Origin: a virus
IMG/VR virus record: IMGVR_UViG_3300045988_122072
Coordinates: 99,338 to 163,337 of that record
DNA length: 64,000 bases
Reading direction: 5' to 3' (one strand)
Position numbers and translations under genes: made by a program. The notes under the pieces are model-generated. The model saw only the letters and a program-made list of their open reading frames with translations. It had not been told where the DNA came from and did not search any database. The stretch's first letter is position 1. The number at the start of each line of letters is the position of its first letter. Positions 25,754-37,300 of the stretch are shown piece by piece.

Positions 25754-25918
25754 TTGGAAATAAAATCAACTGAAACGACAAACTTCACATTACGTATGCC
25801 GGTTTCGCAACGTTTTCAACTTGAATGTATAGCTAAAAAGCAAGGAAGAACTATCACGAATTTAATTAATTACGTAATGAGTCAATATATAGAGGATTAT
25901 AACAAGACAAAAAAATAG
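25754..25918 (+). CDS. Small ribbon-helix-helix (CopG/Arc-like) DNA-binding protein, 54 aa
   Basis: Hand-translated from TTG 25754, with GAGAGGGGAG upstream, to TAG 25916-25918. 'TNFTLRMPVSQRFQLECIAKKQGRTITNLINYVMSQYIE' shows the beta-strand plus two-helix RHH pattern. It is below the ORF-track cutoff. Confidence 0.5.
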   Translation: MEIKSTETTNFTLRMPVSQRFQLECIAKKQGRTITNLINYVMSQYIEDYNKTKK

Positions 25919-25943
25919 GAGCCTGAGATTTCTCTCAAGCTCC
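25918..25943 (-). terminator. Terminator of the leftward late operon (bidirectional hairpin)
   Basis: 11-bp stem GGAGCCTGAGA / TCTCAAGCTCC with loop TTTC. The single C-A mismatch becomes G.U on the minus-strand RNA. The minus-strand hairpin is followed by UAUUUUUUU. Confidence 0.65.
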
Positions 25944-25949
25944 TAAATC

Positions 25950-26411
25950 TTAAGCTTTTAGCCAATCTTGGCTTTTATAATAATTGGCTATTATATTATA
26001 ATTCTGCGTCCCTGTATGGTTACAGTGGAGGTCATTACTGTATTTTGTATACATTTCCTCTATATGTACCATTTCCTCTGGATATATCTTCATCCCACGA
26101 GCACACCTTGATGCATATTCAGACAATTCTGACTTAATTCTATCGCGTTCGTTCTCAAAAACTCTTTTATCCAATGTTTTAATACGATCATCTATTTTAT
26201 CTATACGTTCAAGAATCTCTCTAACATTGCCTTCGAGTGCTGTAATTTTAGCATTGATCTCTTTAACGGCAGCAGAAGTTTCATTTGCTTCAGATGTATG
26301 CTTAATCCAATTAACAATCTTTTTTCTCACTGGTTTAAAAATTGTAGTAACAAGTGCAATAAAGGCAGATATGCAACCAATAACAGCGGCAATATCTTTA
26401 ATTAATTCCAT
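25950..26411 (-). CDS. N-terminally membrane-anchored coiled-coil protein (function unknown; last gene of the late unit)
   Basis: 153 aa. TM segment 'IAAVIGCISAFIALVTTIF' is followed by heptad-rich 'KEINAKITALEGNVREILERIDKIDDRIKTLDKRVF'. Confidence 0.5.
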   Translation of the reverse strand: MELIKDIAAVIGCISAFIALVTTIFKPVRKKIVNWIKHTSEANETSAAVKEINAKITALEGNVREILERIDKIDDRIKTLDKRVFENERDRIKSELSEYASRCARGMKIYPEEMVHIEEMYTKYSNDLHCNHTGTQNYNIIANYYKSQDWLKA

Positions 26412-26462
26412 AATAAATCACCCATTCATAATAAATTATCTCCTTTTAACTTTTTATCATAA

Positions 26463-28244
26463 TCATTGATTCTTTTTTAATTCATCCACTTCTCGCTGCA
26501 GTTCTTGACATTTTTTCACCAATAAAGGGATAATCTCATCATATGCCAATGCATAGTTAAAACGTTCTTTGGTTGTATCATCTTCATCATAATAAACTAT
26601 CCCAGTTTTCTGATTATTAATTCCAGCTTTTATTAGCGCTTGTTCAACGTCTTGTGCAACAAATCCATAATGAATAATATCAGAATTGTCATTTGTTAAT
26701 CTATACTGTACCGGGTGAAGAGAACCTATAATATCAATATTGACATCCTGAATATTATTTTTTAAGTTTCTATCGGAATCAATTATTGGAGACGACACGA
26801 AATGAGCGTTCCAGAAGCAATCAAACCTTCCAGTATTATTGCTAACTTTTTGGGCATAACCACCAACTGCAACAGAGTTATTATCAGATGCTATATTGAT
26901 TGGAAGATTTTTTGTCCCAACATGAGAGATTACTTCATGCGCTCCTCCAACTGCGTCTGATATCACAATTTTAAAATCATATGCAGTATCTACCGCAAAT
27001 TCTGTTTTATCAGTAAAAGTATATTCTGTTTTATTACTTGTATCATTTCTTATTGTCACATTATGAGATGAAAATGTAGAATCTAAACTTTTCTTATTAT
27101 AAATAACAATTTTTACGGCATTTGTATTTTTAAGAGTATAAAACGATATATTAATTTTATGAGTTACATATACTCCAGCATTATTAATTGTACCGTCAGA
27201 ATTACTTCTAAATGAATTGCAAGAAGTAATAACTGGTGAATTGTAATCTTCAACATTAATATACTGTGTTTTACTAGCAGTTCTCCCACGTGTATCTGTA
27301 ATTGTTATAGTATATGCTTTATTCCCGCAGGTGGTTAAAATTGAACTAGTTGCGCTGTACGTATTTGTAGAAGCCGCTGTCTCATAAGATAAATTTGGGC
27401 CACTGATAACGCATTTTTTAATAGTAGATCCATATACTCCAGAGACCGAAGCAGTCCACCTAACAGTTGAATTATTTTTAACATATAATCCACAATTTTG
27501 CGGTTTTGTTGAGGCTATAGACGGATTAAAACTGTTTATTACTGGCGCTATATTGGAAGGAATGTTCAAAGTAAAATTAATAGATTTTTGCCCAACATTA
27601 GTTCCCCCACTAAAGGTTGTACACCAAATTGTCCCATACCCGGATGTAGCACTCGGTATTTGAGATGCTAAATCTAGCGGAGGTGTCCACGATATAGATG
27701 AACTAGATGTCTGTGTCGCGAGAGTTCCAGTTCTATTACCAAATTGCCACGTTAGTGTATGGGTAAAAGAAGATACAGCTTTTGAAATAGAAATTGTTAA
27801 TGGAGAACCCATGGTACTTCCACTAACACTAATACTTGACGCTCTTGGTATTTGAGGAAGATCTACAGAATAACCATACCTCGTACTACTAACTGCATAT
27901 GTATAAACTGCAGCTTCCGCCCAAGCTGTTAAAACAGCATTACCATAAGAATTATGCGTTAAAGTAAAACTACCAGACCCTAGCGTCGCTCCAACCCACA
28001 TTTCAAATCTATCCGCTCTACTATAAACAGTTGTGCCAGCTATATTAACCGTAACTGGGCCAGCCATAACATATCCCCATGAACCGCCAGCAGACTTCAC
28101 TGTCCAATAAATAGTGGATGTATTATTAGCCACACTTTGTGAAGAAGACCATTCTACTCTAATTCTATTTGGATATACGCTACCAGCAGCATCGTATACA
28201 CTTGTTTCAAACGCACCACTTGATGCAGTTGCCATATTGCTCAC
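26463..28244 (-). CDS. Receptor-binding tail fibre with C-terminal intramolecular chaperone (peptidase S74-type) domain
   Basis: 593 aa. The N-terminal region resembles siphovirus DUF859-type RBPs. The C-terminal 'SDRNLKNNIQDV....YGFVAQDVEQAL...YALAYDEIIPLLVKKCQELQREVDELKK' is the S74 autoproteolytic chaperone signature (SDxxxKxNI). Confidence 0.75.
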   Translation of the reverse strand: MSNMATASSGAFETSVYDAAGSVYPNRIRVEWSSSQSVANNTSTIYWTVKSAGGSWGYVMAGPVTVNIAGTTVYSRADRFEMWVGATLGSGSFTLTHNSYGNAVLTAWAEAAVYTYAVSSTRYGYSVDLPQIPRASSISVSGSTMGSPLTISISKAVSSFTHTLTWQFGNRTGTLATQTSSSSISWTPPLDLASQIPSATSGYGTIWCTTFSGGTNVGQKSINFTLNIPSNIAPVINSFNPSIASTKPQNCGLYVKNNSTVRWTASVSGVYGSTIKKCVISGPNLSYETAASTNTYSATSSILTTCGNKAYTITITDTRGRTASKTQYINVEDYNSPVITSCNSFRSNSDGTINNAGVYVTHKINISFYTLKNTNAVKIVIYNKKSLDSTFSSHNVTIRNDTSNKTEYTFTDKTEFAVDTAYDFKIVISDAVGGAHEVISHVGTKNLPINIASDNNSVAVGGYAQKVSNNTGRFDCFWNAHFVSSPIIDSDRNLKNNIQDVNIDIIGSLHPVQYRLTNDNSDIIHYGFVAQDVEQALIKAGINNQKTGIVYYDEDDTTKERFNYALAYDEIIPLLVKKCQELQREVDELKKNQ

Positions 28245-28253
28245 CTCCTATAA

Positions 28254-31200
28254 TTATGTTGCAACAATCGATAAACTACCATTGCTTTCTATTTGAATCT
28301 TGAATTTTCCGCCTAAAGATATCGAAGGAGTTGACGATTTTGTGCCAACTTTTATATCTCCTTCTACTTCAGCTTTCTTCATATATGCAGTGTCATTAGC
28401 AAAATAAGTTATTGGCACACCAAATTTAATTTCGGGGTCTACAAAATTTTCATTAATAGCTCTGGCTTCATAGAAAGGTGACTCAACTTTATATATAAAA
28501 TCTGGATTCTTATAATAATCATAATACATAACACCATTATCGTTGTGTTCATATAATATATAGTCATAATAATTATCTGCTTTATATGTTGGTTCTGATG
28601 TTACAGTTTTTATCCTTGCTTTTCTACAAAATTCAATTCTTTGAGCAGACACTCTAGAAAAATATTCTTTGTTTTTATTTTCTCCAACAATCAGACCATT
28701 ATCGCCATCAAAACTAAAATATGATAATTTTTCTGCTGCGTCTCCCTTATTCATTGTAACAGTGCCATCTTTAGCTACTTTAAACGCATACGTTCCGTCA
28801 TCTTGTAATCCAATGCAGATTTCTCCACCAATGATACTGCTGCCTTCAATAAGCCCAGCGCTAACGCACCCTGCCAATACACCCCAATATGTTTCACCTT
28901 CAATTGTATAACTACCGAATACTGATTTTGTTGTTTTGAAATTATCATCAGAATATAAGAATTTATTATTCGTAATCCAGCCTTCATGTTTATCTAGAAC
29001 ACCATCTACCATTTTGCGCAAATGGATACCATAATTATCCCATGATACATCTTGCCCCGCAGAACTAGACCTAATAGATGTAGTTGCATCAATAAGGCCC
29101 TGCCTAATTTTTTCATCAATTGCAGTAGCAATATCATATCCTTTTTGCCAATACGAAGAACCGCTCGCCACAGATTTCCCAGCATTTACAGCTTGTGCCA
29201 ATAAGTCTGCGTGTATATCTCCTTGGTCTTTAACTGATAATAAATCACCAAATGTACAGGAGAAATTACTTAAATCATTAAAGTTTAATTGTACTTCGAG
29301 CAATCTAGCCTTTTTAATAAAATCTTTTCTTATCATAACTCTGATAAAATTGCCGAGACTAAATTGATGCAAAATTGGCTCAAATTCTGGCATTGCATAG
29401 ATATTTTTCATTGATGCGGAAAAGGATAAAGTTGGTTTAGAAATTGCTTTTAATTTTTTGCTACCAGCTACTAATAATTCTTTTTGCGTATTGATTATAT
29501 CCAAATCTGTATCTATATCTGTTGTACAGAAACAATCATCTGTATATTCATCTTCACGTAAAAATAATGACAATCTATCTAGACTATCTGGTGAGAAGTT
29601 TTTACTAATATCAATGTCTTCTGATATAAATTGAATTTTTTCTCTAACTTTTTGTATTTGCTCTGCAATTCCGTCTACCATATTTTGTTTTTCTTCTAAC
29701 TGTTTTTTAGCGTCTTGCAATTTATTTAAGTTATCAATATAGCTTTTATATTCCTCGCTATCTTTTGGCTTTTGATCCCATTCTGCTGCAATTTGTACAT
29801 CATTAATAGATGAATATATATCTATTTTTTCTTTCAAAGAATTGATTCCATCACTACCAAAAACTAAATCCCTCTCGTTCCAAACATATGTATATTTATT
29901 TTCTTCGTGCCCGTCTTCGTCAACTTGCACAGACATTTTCATTTCACATACATAATATTTACAAGCGATGTCATTATAAGTGATATTCCCGTCTTCTTCT
30001 ACTTTGTTCTGATTGACAATCTTATATACTTCACCGAGATGTTCAATATCTGCTTCGGGCAAGAACATATCTGCTTGGTCGTAGTTATCAGGGTTTAATT
30101 TAATTTCTGTAATTTTATATTCATCAGGTACAGAATTTTCCTCTGCCAATCTATTATCAATAAGTCTATATAATTCCTTTAAAACTTCTGTATAACTTTC
30201 TACTTTTATAACATAGTCTCCAATTTTAGGAGTATAAGACTTAAGAACAGGGGTCACATCATCGATTAAAATTTCTCCGGCTTGAGGATTAGCACTTACG
30301 ATTAATAATGCGTCTACCGAATCAATTGTTTTAACTCTGATTCTATCTCCATTATTAAGAGGGACATATATCGTTAAGACACGGGTTCCGCTATTATATT
30401 CATACCCGTCTGGCCCCTCTACAAGGGTCTCAAATTCAAGAGAACCAGCATTTCTTTTTTCAACAATATGCCTAAGTCCAATTTCATTTAATAATGTAAA
30501 ATGATTATCAATGAATTCAACTGACACAATGTCTGTAAATTTTAACGCATCTGAAATAGTCAACGCACCAGATTTAAATGTATAATTGCTAGTCTTTGTT
30601 CCGTTAATTGCAACAAAAGTCGGACTCCAATTTATAAATTCTGGCAATTGGAATGTAGTCTGAATTGTGTTTATCTGAATCGTACTGCCTACAGTTAAAG
30701 AATCATCATTGATAATTAAAATATTATTACTAGAATCAAATTCATATTCTGTGATTTTATTGTCATTTATAGAGATTGATTCTATCTTCCCAGTAAATGA
30801 TGTTACATTGAAATAGTTTTCTACAAAATTAACTACGATGTTACTATCACTCATTAATAAAGATGAAGTTATAGTTAATTTATTATTGATATAATTATAC
30901 CCATCCTCTTTAATGGTAACACCATCTATAACAATAGAAGTTATTTTTCTTCTGTCTATATCTATTTGAAATGAGGTGTCAATAGAGACTACTTCTATTA
31001 CCTCTCCTGCAAATAAAGTTGGTAATGAAGATATTGTTAATTTCATTGTAGATTCATCAAAGCTATAAATATTATTTGGAATTTCTTCAAAATCAATACT
31101 GACCGATAATAATCTATCTTTCTTTTGTGGAATAGTAAAAACATTATTTGCCATATTAATAGTGACCTTATCGCCAGCAGTAATATTTTGATTGTTAATA

Positions 31201-33170
31201 GTTAAGACATAAGTATTAATATCTAAACTATAATCAGATTGCGGTACTTCATTTTGATTAATATAGACACTAACTAAAGATTTATCTTTATGTGACGATA
31301 CATCAAAATGAGTATCGATAGACTCGACGGAAACGACATCTCCATCCTTCAATGCACTATTAATTGTCAATAGCGCATTTTGCAATTGATACGCATTGGT
31401 TTCTTTGCCATTAATTTTTACAGAAACAATTTTATCTCTTAAATTCTGCAGAGTAAATTTATTATTAATTAACTCTATAACAATAGTATCCTCATATTGT
31501 AAAATTGAGGTGTCAGTAAATAATAAATAACTTCCATTAATTTGATATTTACTACTATCAATTATCTCACCATTAATTTTAACCACTACAATTTTATTAG
31601 ATGGATTTTTTAAAGAAAACCTAGTAGAAAGTGCGGCTTTCGGTGTCTCAACCTTTATGGTATTTCCATCTGACATCGGCGCGGCAATCGTTAGTTCTTT
31701 TGTTAACTTGTCATATGTATACTGATCGTTACTTATAAGTTCACCCTCAATATATACTTTGGTGTCTTCTGGCACAATAATTTCATTAATAAGTGTAAAT
31801 GTATTTTCTTGTGCGTTTGCAGTAAAAGTTTCTGATAAAATTTCTGGCTGATTAAATTGCTGTGATTCACTTTCAATATCGAATTCCTCAATTTCGCTTT
31901 CTATATCAAATTCAATAGAAATTTTATCAATATCCATAATTGTATTTTCGCTATCCACACTAAGAGAGCTGGCGTCTCCATTTGCTATAAATTTTTGAGT
32001 ATGCCCAACAACAAAATCCTGCTTAATTGGAGATATGTCAAAAACTTCTTCGGTAGAGCCACTGATATCTTTACTATAAAAACCACCCATATATTTATCT
32101 TGTTTGTCCATATACGCAAGGTATTCATAATAAAGTTTATCTCCCATCCATTCTGGCGTACAGTAATAATCAAGATTCATAATTGACGGCAATCCGAAAT
32201 TAACGCTGCGAATATCTAAATCATCCGCTCCTTTTACAGTCAATACTGTTTTAATATCATCGGAGGAATAATTAACATGCATTTCATTAGATAAATTTTC
32301 AAATGCAACAATAACATCCGTGTCATATTTACTTTTAAAATCATTGGTTATTTCTACAATATCACCTTGTGCCGGTGCGATAGAAAGAAGTAAGTTATTT
32401 GTTTCTTGATTATACGTATATTGCGTTATAATATGCCCGTTTATAGTTACTGTACTTGTATCTGAAAAATCACCAGACAATTTAAATGTTGTTGTTGTTC
32501 CATCGCCTATAAATCGTTCAATTTCATTTTCCGAATATACATTAATAATATTATTAATAGTATCAAACTCTACATAGCATTTAAATGTATCGCACATTTC
32601 GTTCATGATAAAGTCATAAATAGACTCTCTATCAACCTCAAAGCTACGACCTTGTGATGCCAATTCTGCGTCCACATGACCAATAGTCCATCCGTATGCT
32701 TTTTTCAATATTAAATGCAGAAGGCTATGTTCAACGTCTGTTGGGTTATATAATATAACTCCATCAATACTTCCAATTGTATCACCAGTATCTCCCATAT
32801 TAATAATAAATGTTTCAAGATATCGCTGAGATAGAGAATACTCTAACGAATAAGCATTCAATTGCTTATATTCCTGTATTCCATCACTATATAATTCTGG
32901 ATCTTGAAGTTGGAAATATCCGAACCCTTCAAGATAGACCAAGCGCAACCCCTCGATGTAATTATAATATGGAGTTCGCTTTTGTTCTCCTGTAATTAAA
33001 TCATGATAAATAGAAGGGATATTAAATGAGATTTCGGAGTATCCATTAAATTTAAATGTTCCGTTTAAATCATTCACATCTAACTGGCAAATTTTATCTT
33101 TATTTGTCTGACATAATATAACCTTTGGTGTTTTATATGTGTCGGATAACAAATCTTTAGGTAATCGCAT
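28254..33170 (-). CDS. Tail-associated lysin / tail tip protein (Tal; prophage-tail-endopeptidase-type N-terminus) with a long internal repeat array
   Basis: 1638 aa, located directly after Dit. About ten tandem ~65-75-aa modules with the pattern '..V.ING..I....Y......LTI.....GD.I.V..' span about 30320-31850. A coiled-coil and a C-terminal beta-rich region follow. The call rests mainly on synteny and size. Confidence 0.6.
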   Translation of the reverse strand: MRLPKDLLSDTYKTPKVILCQTNKDKICQLDVNDLNGTFKFNGYSEISFNIPSIYHDLITGEQKRTPYYNYIEGLRLVYLEGFGYFQLQDPELYSDGIQEYKQLNAYSLEYSLSQRYLETFIINMGDTGDTIGSIDGVILYNPTDVEHSLLHLILKKAYGWTIGHVDAELASQGRSFEVDRESIYDFIMNEMCDTFKCYVEFDTINNIINVYSENEIERFIGDGTTTTFKLSGDFSDTSTVTINGHIITQYTYNQETNNLLLSIAPAQGDIVEITNDFKSKYDTDVIVAFENLSNEMHVNYSSDDIKTVLTVKGADDLDIRSVNFGLPSIMNLDYYCTPEWMGDKLYYEYLAYMDKQDKYMGGFYSKDISGSTEEVFDISPIKQDFVVGHTQKFIANGDASSLSVDSENTIMDIDKISIEFDIESEIEEFDIESESQQFNQPEILSETFTANAQENTFTLINEIIVPEDTKVYIEGELISNDQYTYDKLTKELTIAAPMSDGNTIKVETPKAALSTRFSLKNPSNKIVVVKINGEIIDSSKYQINGSYLLFTDTSILQYEDTIVIELINNKFTLQNLRDKIVSVKINGKETNAYQLQNALLTINSALKDGDVVSVESIDTHFDVSSHKDKSLVSVYINQNEVPQSDYSLDINTYVLTINNQNITAGDKVTINMANNVFTIPQKKDRLLSVSIDFEEIPNNIYSFDESTMKLTISSLPTLFAGEVIEVVSIDTSFQIDIDRRKITSIVIDGVTIKEDGYNYINNKLTITSSLLMSDSNIVVNFVENYFNVTSFTGKIESISINDNKITEYEFDSSNNILIINDDSLTVGSTIQINTIQTTFQLPEFINWSPTFVAINGTKTSNYTFKSGALTISDALKFTDIVSVEFIDNHFTLLNEIGLRHIVEKRNAGSLEFETLVEGPDGYEYNSGTRVLTIYVPLNNGDRIRVKTIDSVDALLIVSANPQAGEILIDDVTPVLKSYTPKIGDYVIKVESYTEVLKELYRLIDNRLAEENSVPDEYKITEIKLNPDNYDQADMFLPEADIEHLGEVYKIVNQNKVEEDGNITYNDIACKYYVCEMKMSVQVDEDGHEENKYTYVWNERDLVFGSDGINSLKEKIDIYSSINDVQIAAEWDQKPKDSEEYKSYIDNLNKLQDAKKQLEEKQNMVDGIAEQIQKVREKIQFISEDIDISKNFSPDSLDRLSLFLREDEYTDDCFCTTDIDTDLDIINTQKELLVAGSKKLKAISKPTLSFSASMKNIYAMPEFEPILHQFSLGNFIRVMIRKDFIKKARLLEVQLNFNDLSNFSCTFGDLLSVKDQGDIHADLLAQAVNAGKSVASGSSYWQKGYDIATAIDEKIRQGLIDATTSIRSSSAGQDVSWDNYGIHLRKMVDGVLDKHEGWITNNKFLYSDDNFKTTKSVFGSYTIEGETYWGVLAGCVSAGLIEGSSIIGGEICIGLQDDGTYAFKVAKDGTVTMNKGDAAEKLSYFSFDGDNGLIVGENKNKEYFSRVSAQRIEFCRKARIKTVTSEPTYKADNYYDYILYEHNDNGVMYYDYYKNPDFIYKVESPFYEARAINENFVDPEIKFGVPITYFANDTAYMKKAEVEGDIKVGTKSSTPSISLGGKFKIQIESNGSLSIVAT

Positions 33171-33184
33171 TTTCTAGCACCACC

Positions 33185-34285
33185 TTATCCTTTAATTTGT
33201 ATATCATTAAAATGTTTTTTGATAATTAATCTTCCGTCTTGCACTTCGGCATTAAATTCATCAAATGGGCATTCGTTACCGCTATCATCAACAATTAGAG
33301 TGCCATTATTTTCACTAAATGCAGAGATACCAACATCGGTTTTGACGTTTTTAACATCTCCTCGTACAATCATTGTCTCGCCAGCTATTTTTATATTAAT
33401 ACCAGTGGGGGGCTCTAATGTTATATCTCCTCTAATTTTAACGATGTTATTATCAACATAAATAATAACGGCATTTTTAATCTCGTAGTTATTTAATAAT
33501 CCATCTGATACTTTCATAGGATATCTAAAAGACATTGTTAATTCTCCACTACCAGAAGCTTGGAAACTATTTATGCCAGCAGATAATGCAGGAAAAACAA
33601 AATTAAAATCATCGTTGAAAATTCTTGCGGTATTATCAGAATACGCAACAAAATTATTATCTATTGTTATCGTTTCCCCTTGCTGCAGCTGCTTAAAACT
33701 TGTCTCTTCACCAATAGTATTATTTTTAACTGAAAAGCTTGCGCCATTTTGATTATTTTTAAATATCATGCGAGGATAAATACACGAGTATAAATCATCG
33801 CTTTCGTTATCTATATTAAAATTTGTCTCACCATTTAAAGTAATCTTTACTGTTTTAACCTCTGAATATGCCCATGGGCTAACTGATGTAAATTCGGCTC
33901 TAATACCAATAACTCTAGCATCCATTTTCTGCAATTTAATATCTGTAAATCTTCCTAGATATGAGCATACAATTTCTCCATCCATATTATAAACATCCAT
34001 CCAAGCATTCTTTCTTGATCCAGTAAGCCACCTTAAAACAGATCTGACTTTAAACGGCTGAATATCATCACCATCGATATCTACAAATGTAACTGACGGT
34101 TTTGCTACATCGTTATATTTTGCCCCATAATCTGTGCGCATTGAACCATCAAAATTATCCGTATAAACTGGTTCCATAGTCAAATAGGTATCTGTTTCTC
34201 CAGAATCAGGGTTAAATGTTGCGACAACGAGTCTCTCATCATAATTGCTTCTATTTCTAAATTCAATCTTAGGATGGTAAATCAC
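33185..34285 (-). CDS. Distal tail protein (Dit)-like
   Basis: 366 aa with a GTG start and AGGAGGTG upstream. It lies immediately downstream of the tape measure gene and upstream of Tal, the canonical siphovirus TMP-Dit-Tal order. Confidence 0.6.
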   Translation of the reverse strand: MIYHPKIEFRNRSNYDERLVVATFNPDSGETDTYLTMEPVYTDNFDGSMRTDYGAKYNDVAKPSVTFVDIDGDDIQPFKVRSVLRWLTGSRKNAWMDVYNMDGEIVCSYLGRFTDIKLQKMDARVIGIRAEFTSVSPWAYSEVKTVKITLNGETNFNIDNESDDLYSCIYPRMIFKNNQNGASFSVKNNTIGEETSFKQLQQGETITIDNNFVAYSDNTARIFNDDFNFVFPALSAGINSFQASGSGELTMSFRYPMKVSDGLLNNYEIKNAVIIYVDNNIVKIRGDITLEPPTGINIKIAGETMIVRGDVKNVKTDVGISAFSENNGTLIVDDSGNECPFDEFNAEVQDGRLIIKKHFNDIQIKG

Positions 34286-34320
34286 TTGACCACACCTCCT
34301 ATAAACTACTTTATGTAATT

Positions 34321-34350
34321 AAAGGAGAGGCACCGAAGTACCTCTCCTTT
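34321..34350 (-). terminator. Strong hairpin between the tape measure gene and dit (attenuator/terminator-like)
   Basis: 10-bp stem AAAGGAGAGG / CCTCTCCTTT plus an inner 2 bp around a CGAA loop. The U-tract on the minus strand is modest (UUUAAUUA). Confidence 0.4.
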
Positions 34351-34357
34351 TTATATA

Positions 34358-37300
34358 TCATCTTGTGAACCTTTTTAAACTATTGTTAACGCCCTTCATA
34401 TAAGAATCTAGTTGAGCCTTAACTGCATCCTTAATATCAGGTATAGAATCCCTATCAGCATGTTCGATATTGATCATATTGCCGAATGACATATTAAGCT
34501 CAATACTATTATTGATAATATAAGGAGCGCCAATCTTAGGTTTATTTCTGTCAAGAATATCTTTCGGATCTAGAGTCCCAAGCTTCATAAGATTATCAGT
34601 AATATCACTTGGAATCACAGAACTGCCTTTACTTAGATATTGTAACCTACCATTCGTGTCTGCATGTAATACTAATTCTTCTAGCCCAAGTTCGTCAGTA
34701 ATTGCAAATTGGTCGTTTGGAACTTTCTTAATACCTTTTGCATATCCCTCTATGTCGCTTAACTTGATCCAGCCAGTATACTGTCCGTTTCTGCCAATTA
34801 GCACTTCAGAGCCACTAACTTGATAAACAGTAAATGTAGAACCAGGAACCCAAGATTGCATTCTAGTACCATTGCCGCCATCTCTAGTAAAGTGAGTAGC
34901 AGACTTCTTAACAGTCACGCTAGAACCATTAGCCGGAGCAGCAGGTTTTTGAGGAGCACTAGGTTGTTGTGGAGTAGATGGCGTTGGAGTAGTATATGTC
35001 GCACTAGATGTCTTGTTGGCATTTTGATTAGTAGCGTCAATTAAATGTCTTGCTGTCTCATCCGCCGCAGCTTGTAAATCAAGAAGTTGTTTCTTAATTG
35101 CTTCTAGTTGCGCAGTAAACGCACTTGTAGATGTATTTAATTGATCTTGATAAGTACCTATCGCAATTACGCCTTGTTCCCAAGGATTTGTAATTGCTTC
35201 TGACAAATTAATGCCATATTCATCGGCAATTTCTTTTAATGTCCCTGCAACTACTTCTGTATTTCCAGTAATTGTCGCAAAACTATCAGCGATTACTTGC
35301 TCAACATTCTTTAGATATTCATCAAGAGCTTCCATCTCTTTTTCTTTTTCGTCTTGATAGTTCTCTGCTTGATCGTCCAACGCATCTTGTTGTTTCTCGA
35401 TACTATGACTATAATATAACTCATCTAATTCTTCTTGTGCTGCGGCAAGTTCCGCTTCAAGCTTCTTTCTTCTGGCAATAGCACTTGCGGAATTATCCCC
35501 AGCTATTGCAGCAAGTTGCTTTTGAATATTTGCAATATTCTTTTGTTGCTCTTCTACCTGCTTAGAGAAATCATGAGCATCTTTAGAAAGTTGCAATTCC
35601 TCTTTCTTTTTATTTATAAGCTCATTATAAGCGTCAATTTCCTCTTGCATCGCATTTTTTGCAGCATCAACACGAGTTTTATTAAGAGCAATAAGAGCAT
35701 CTTTTGCAGCCTCATATGACTTTATACTATCCCATTGTCCGTCTTTGAGTTCTTGTAGTTTTTCGTTATACTCATCTGTACTATACTTTCCAGCGGCATA
35801 TTCTTGATTAAGGTATTCAATTTGTTCTGCATATTGTTTTGCCCTATATTGGGCGCGTTCCATTTCTTGGGCAAGTAGACCCATTTTAGTGATGCCCTCA
35901 TTAGTCCAATTGCCCATTTCATCGGCAATATCCTCATCATCGATTAAATCGCCTAAATTAGATATTTCATTGCCGACATTATCAATAGCTTTAATAAGAC
36001 CATCAAAGTTATCCCAGTGTAACTGATTGATAGAATTTTGGAATCCTTCAATCTCTTTACGGCAGTCAATAATAGCCTTGTCAACATCTTGAATTGCGGC
36101 GACCCCTTCATACCATTCCTCAGAGCCGACATCAATATTGCCAGCAGAAACCTGAGCATCAAATTCTTTTTGCATGTCATTGCGTTTCTTTTGAAGTTCA
36201 TCGAGTTCTTTGATGCTATTCTTAATCATTTCTTCATACATTACTGCAGAAGTACGTTCGCCTTGCTCGTCTATCAGATCAACGTTCGCCTGAAGCAAAT
36301 CGTTAAGAGTTGTAATCTTAGTAATAACTCTATCATACTCATCCGCAATAGTTTGCACTTTTTGTAATGAGAGTGATGTAATTTCTTTCTTGACTTGTTG
36401 CTGTTGTGTTCTTACATCTGATGCTTTTTGTGCCCATTCACGATAGTTATTAATTGCCTCTACAACTTCTTGATTAGCTTCTCCTAAGAATTCTGTTAAA
36501 GCAACACCGCCATTTTTAGCAAGCTCTTGATATTGCTGTGGTATCTTCTCTAAAAGTTGTGCGGCATAATCCGCATAAAGTTTATAACCTTCTCCAAGTT
36601 CTGTCAATTTATACTTATTAACATTGATCATTTGATCTTGAATATCATTTTTAGCAGAAATACCTACGGCATTTTCTAGTGCTGCGGACATATAATTTAA
36701 ATCATCATCAATCTCTTCAAGCAAAACTGCGAACCAATCGAACATTTCTTCAAAATCATTGGCAGCATCAGAAAGATCATCTCCAGCGTCAGATAAACTA
36801 TCTGCTGCATCATTCAAATCTGTCCAGAAATTATCATTCTTAGCGCCACTATAATAAGTTGGCGTCGTATAATCTGGAACGATTGTTACATGTGCATTAC
36901 CTTCAGAGTAGGCTTTGCCACGAGAATTGATATGCCCGTTCTTGAACAACTCTTCGGTTTGCTTGTGATTAAAGATAATTGCATTCTTTGGCAAATCTAC
37001 AAATTCTGCGCCATTATCTCCAACAGTATAATATTTGCCAGTTTTAGGGTCTACAACGGTTTCCATCCCGAGTTCGCCAACTAAAGCATCATCTTCTGCT
37101 TGTGGCAATCCCCAATTACCAGATGCATGAGCTGTGCCATCTGCATATATTGTCAGTCGTCCGCTCGCACCAGGAGTATGAACTGTTTGTTCGGTTCCCT
37201 TACCGATGGTTTGATAAGCTGTTGTAATTGTAAATGTTTTATCACTAATGCTTGTCGCATTAAGCTTATCAAGTTTCGCTTGAACTGCACTTACGTTTTC

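Noticed and set aside
26412-26462. The mini-ORF MNG* with a strong RBS just upstream of the 153-aa membrane protein gene, as a regulatory leader peptide.
   Set aside because: It has only three codons, conservation could not be assessed, and it may be coincidental in AT-rich sequence.
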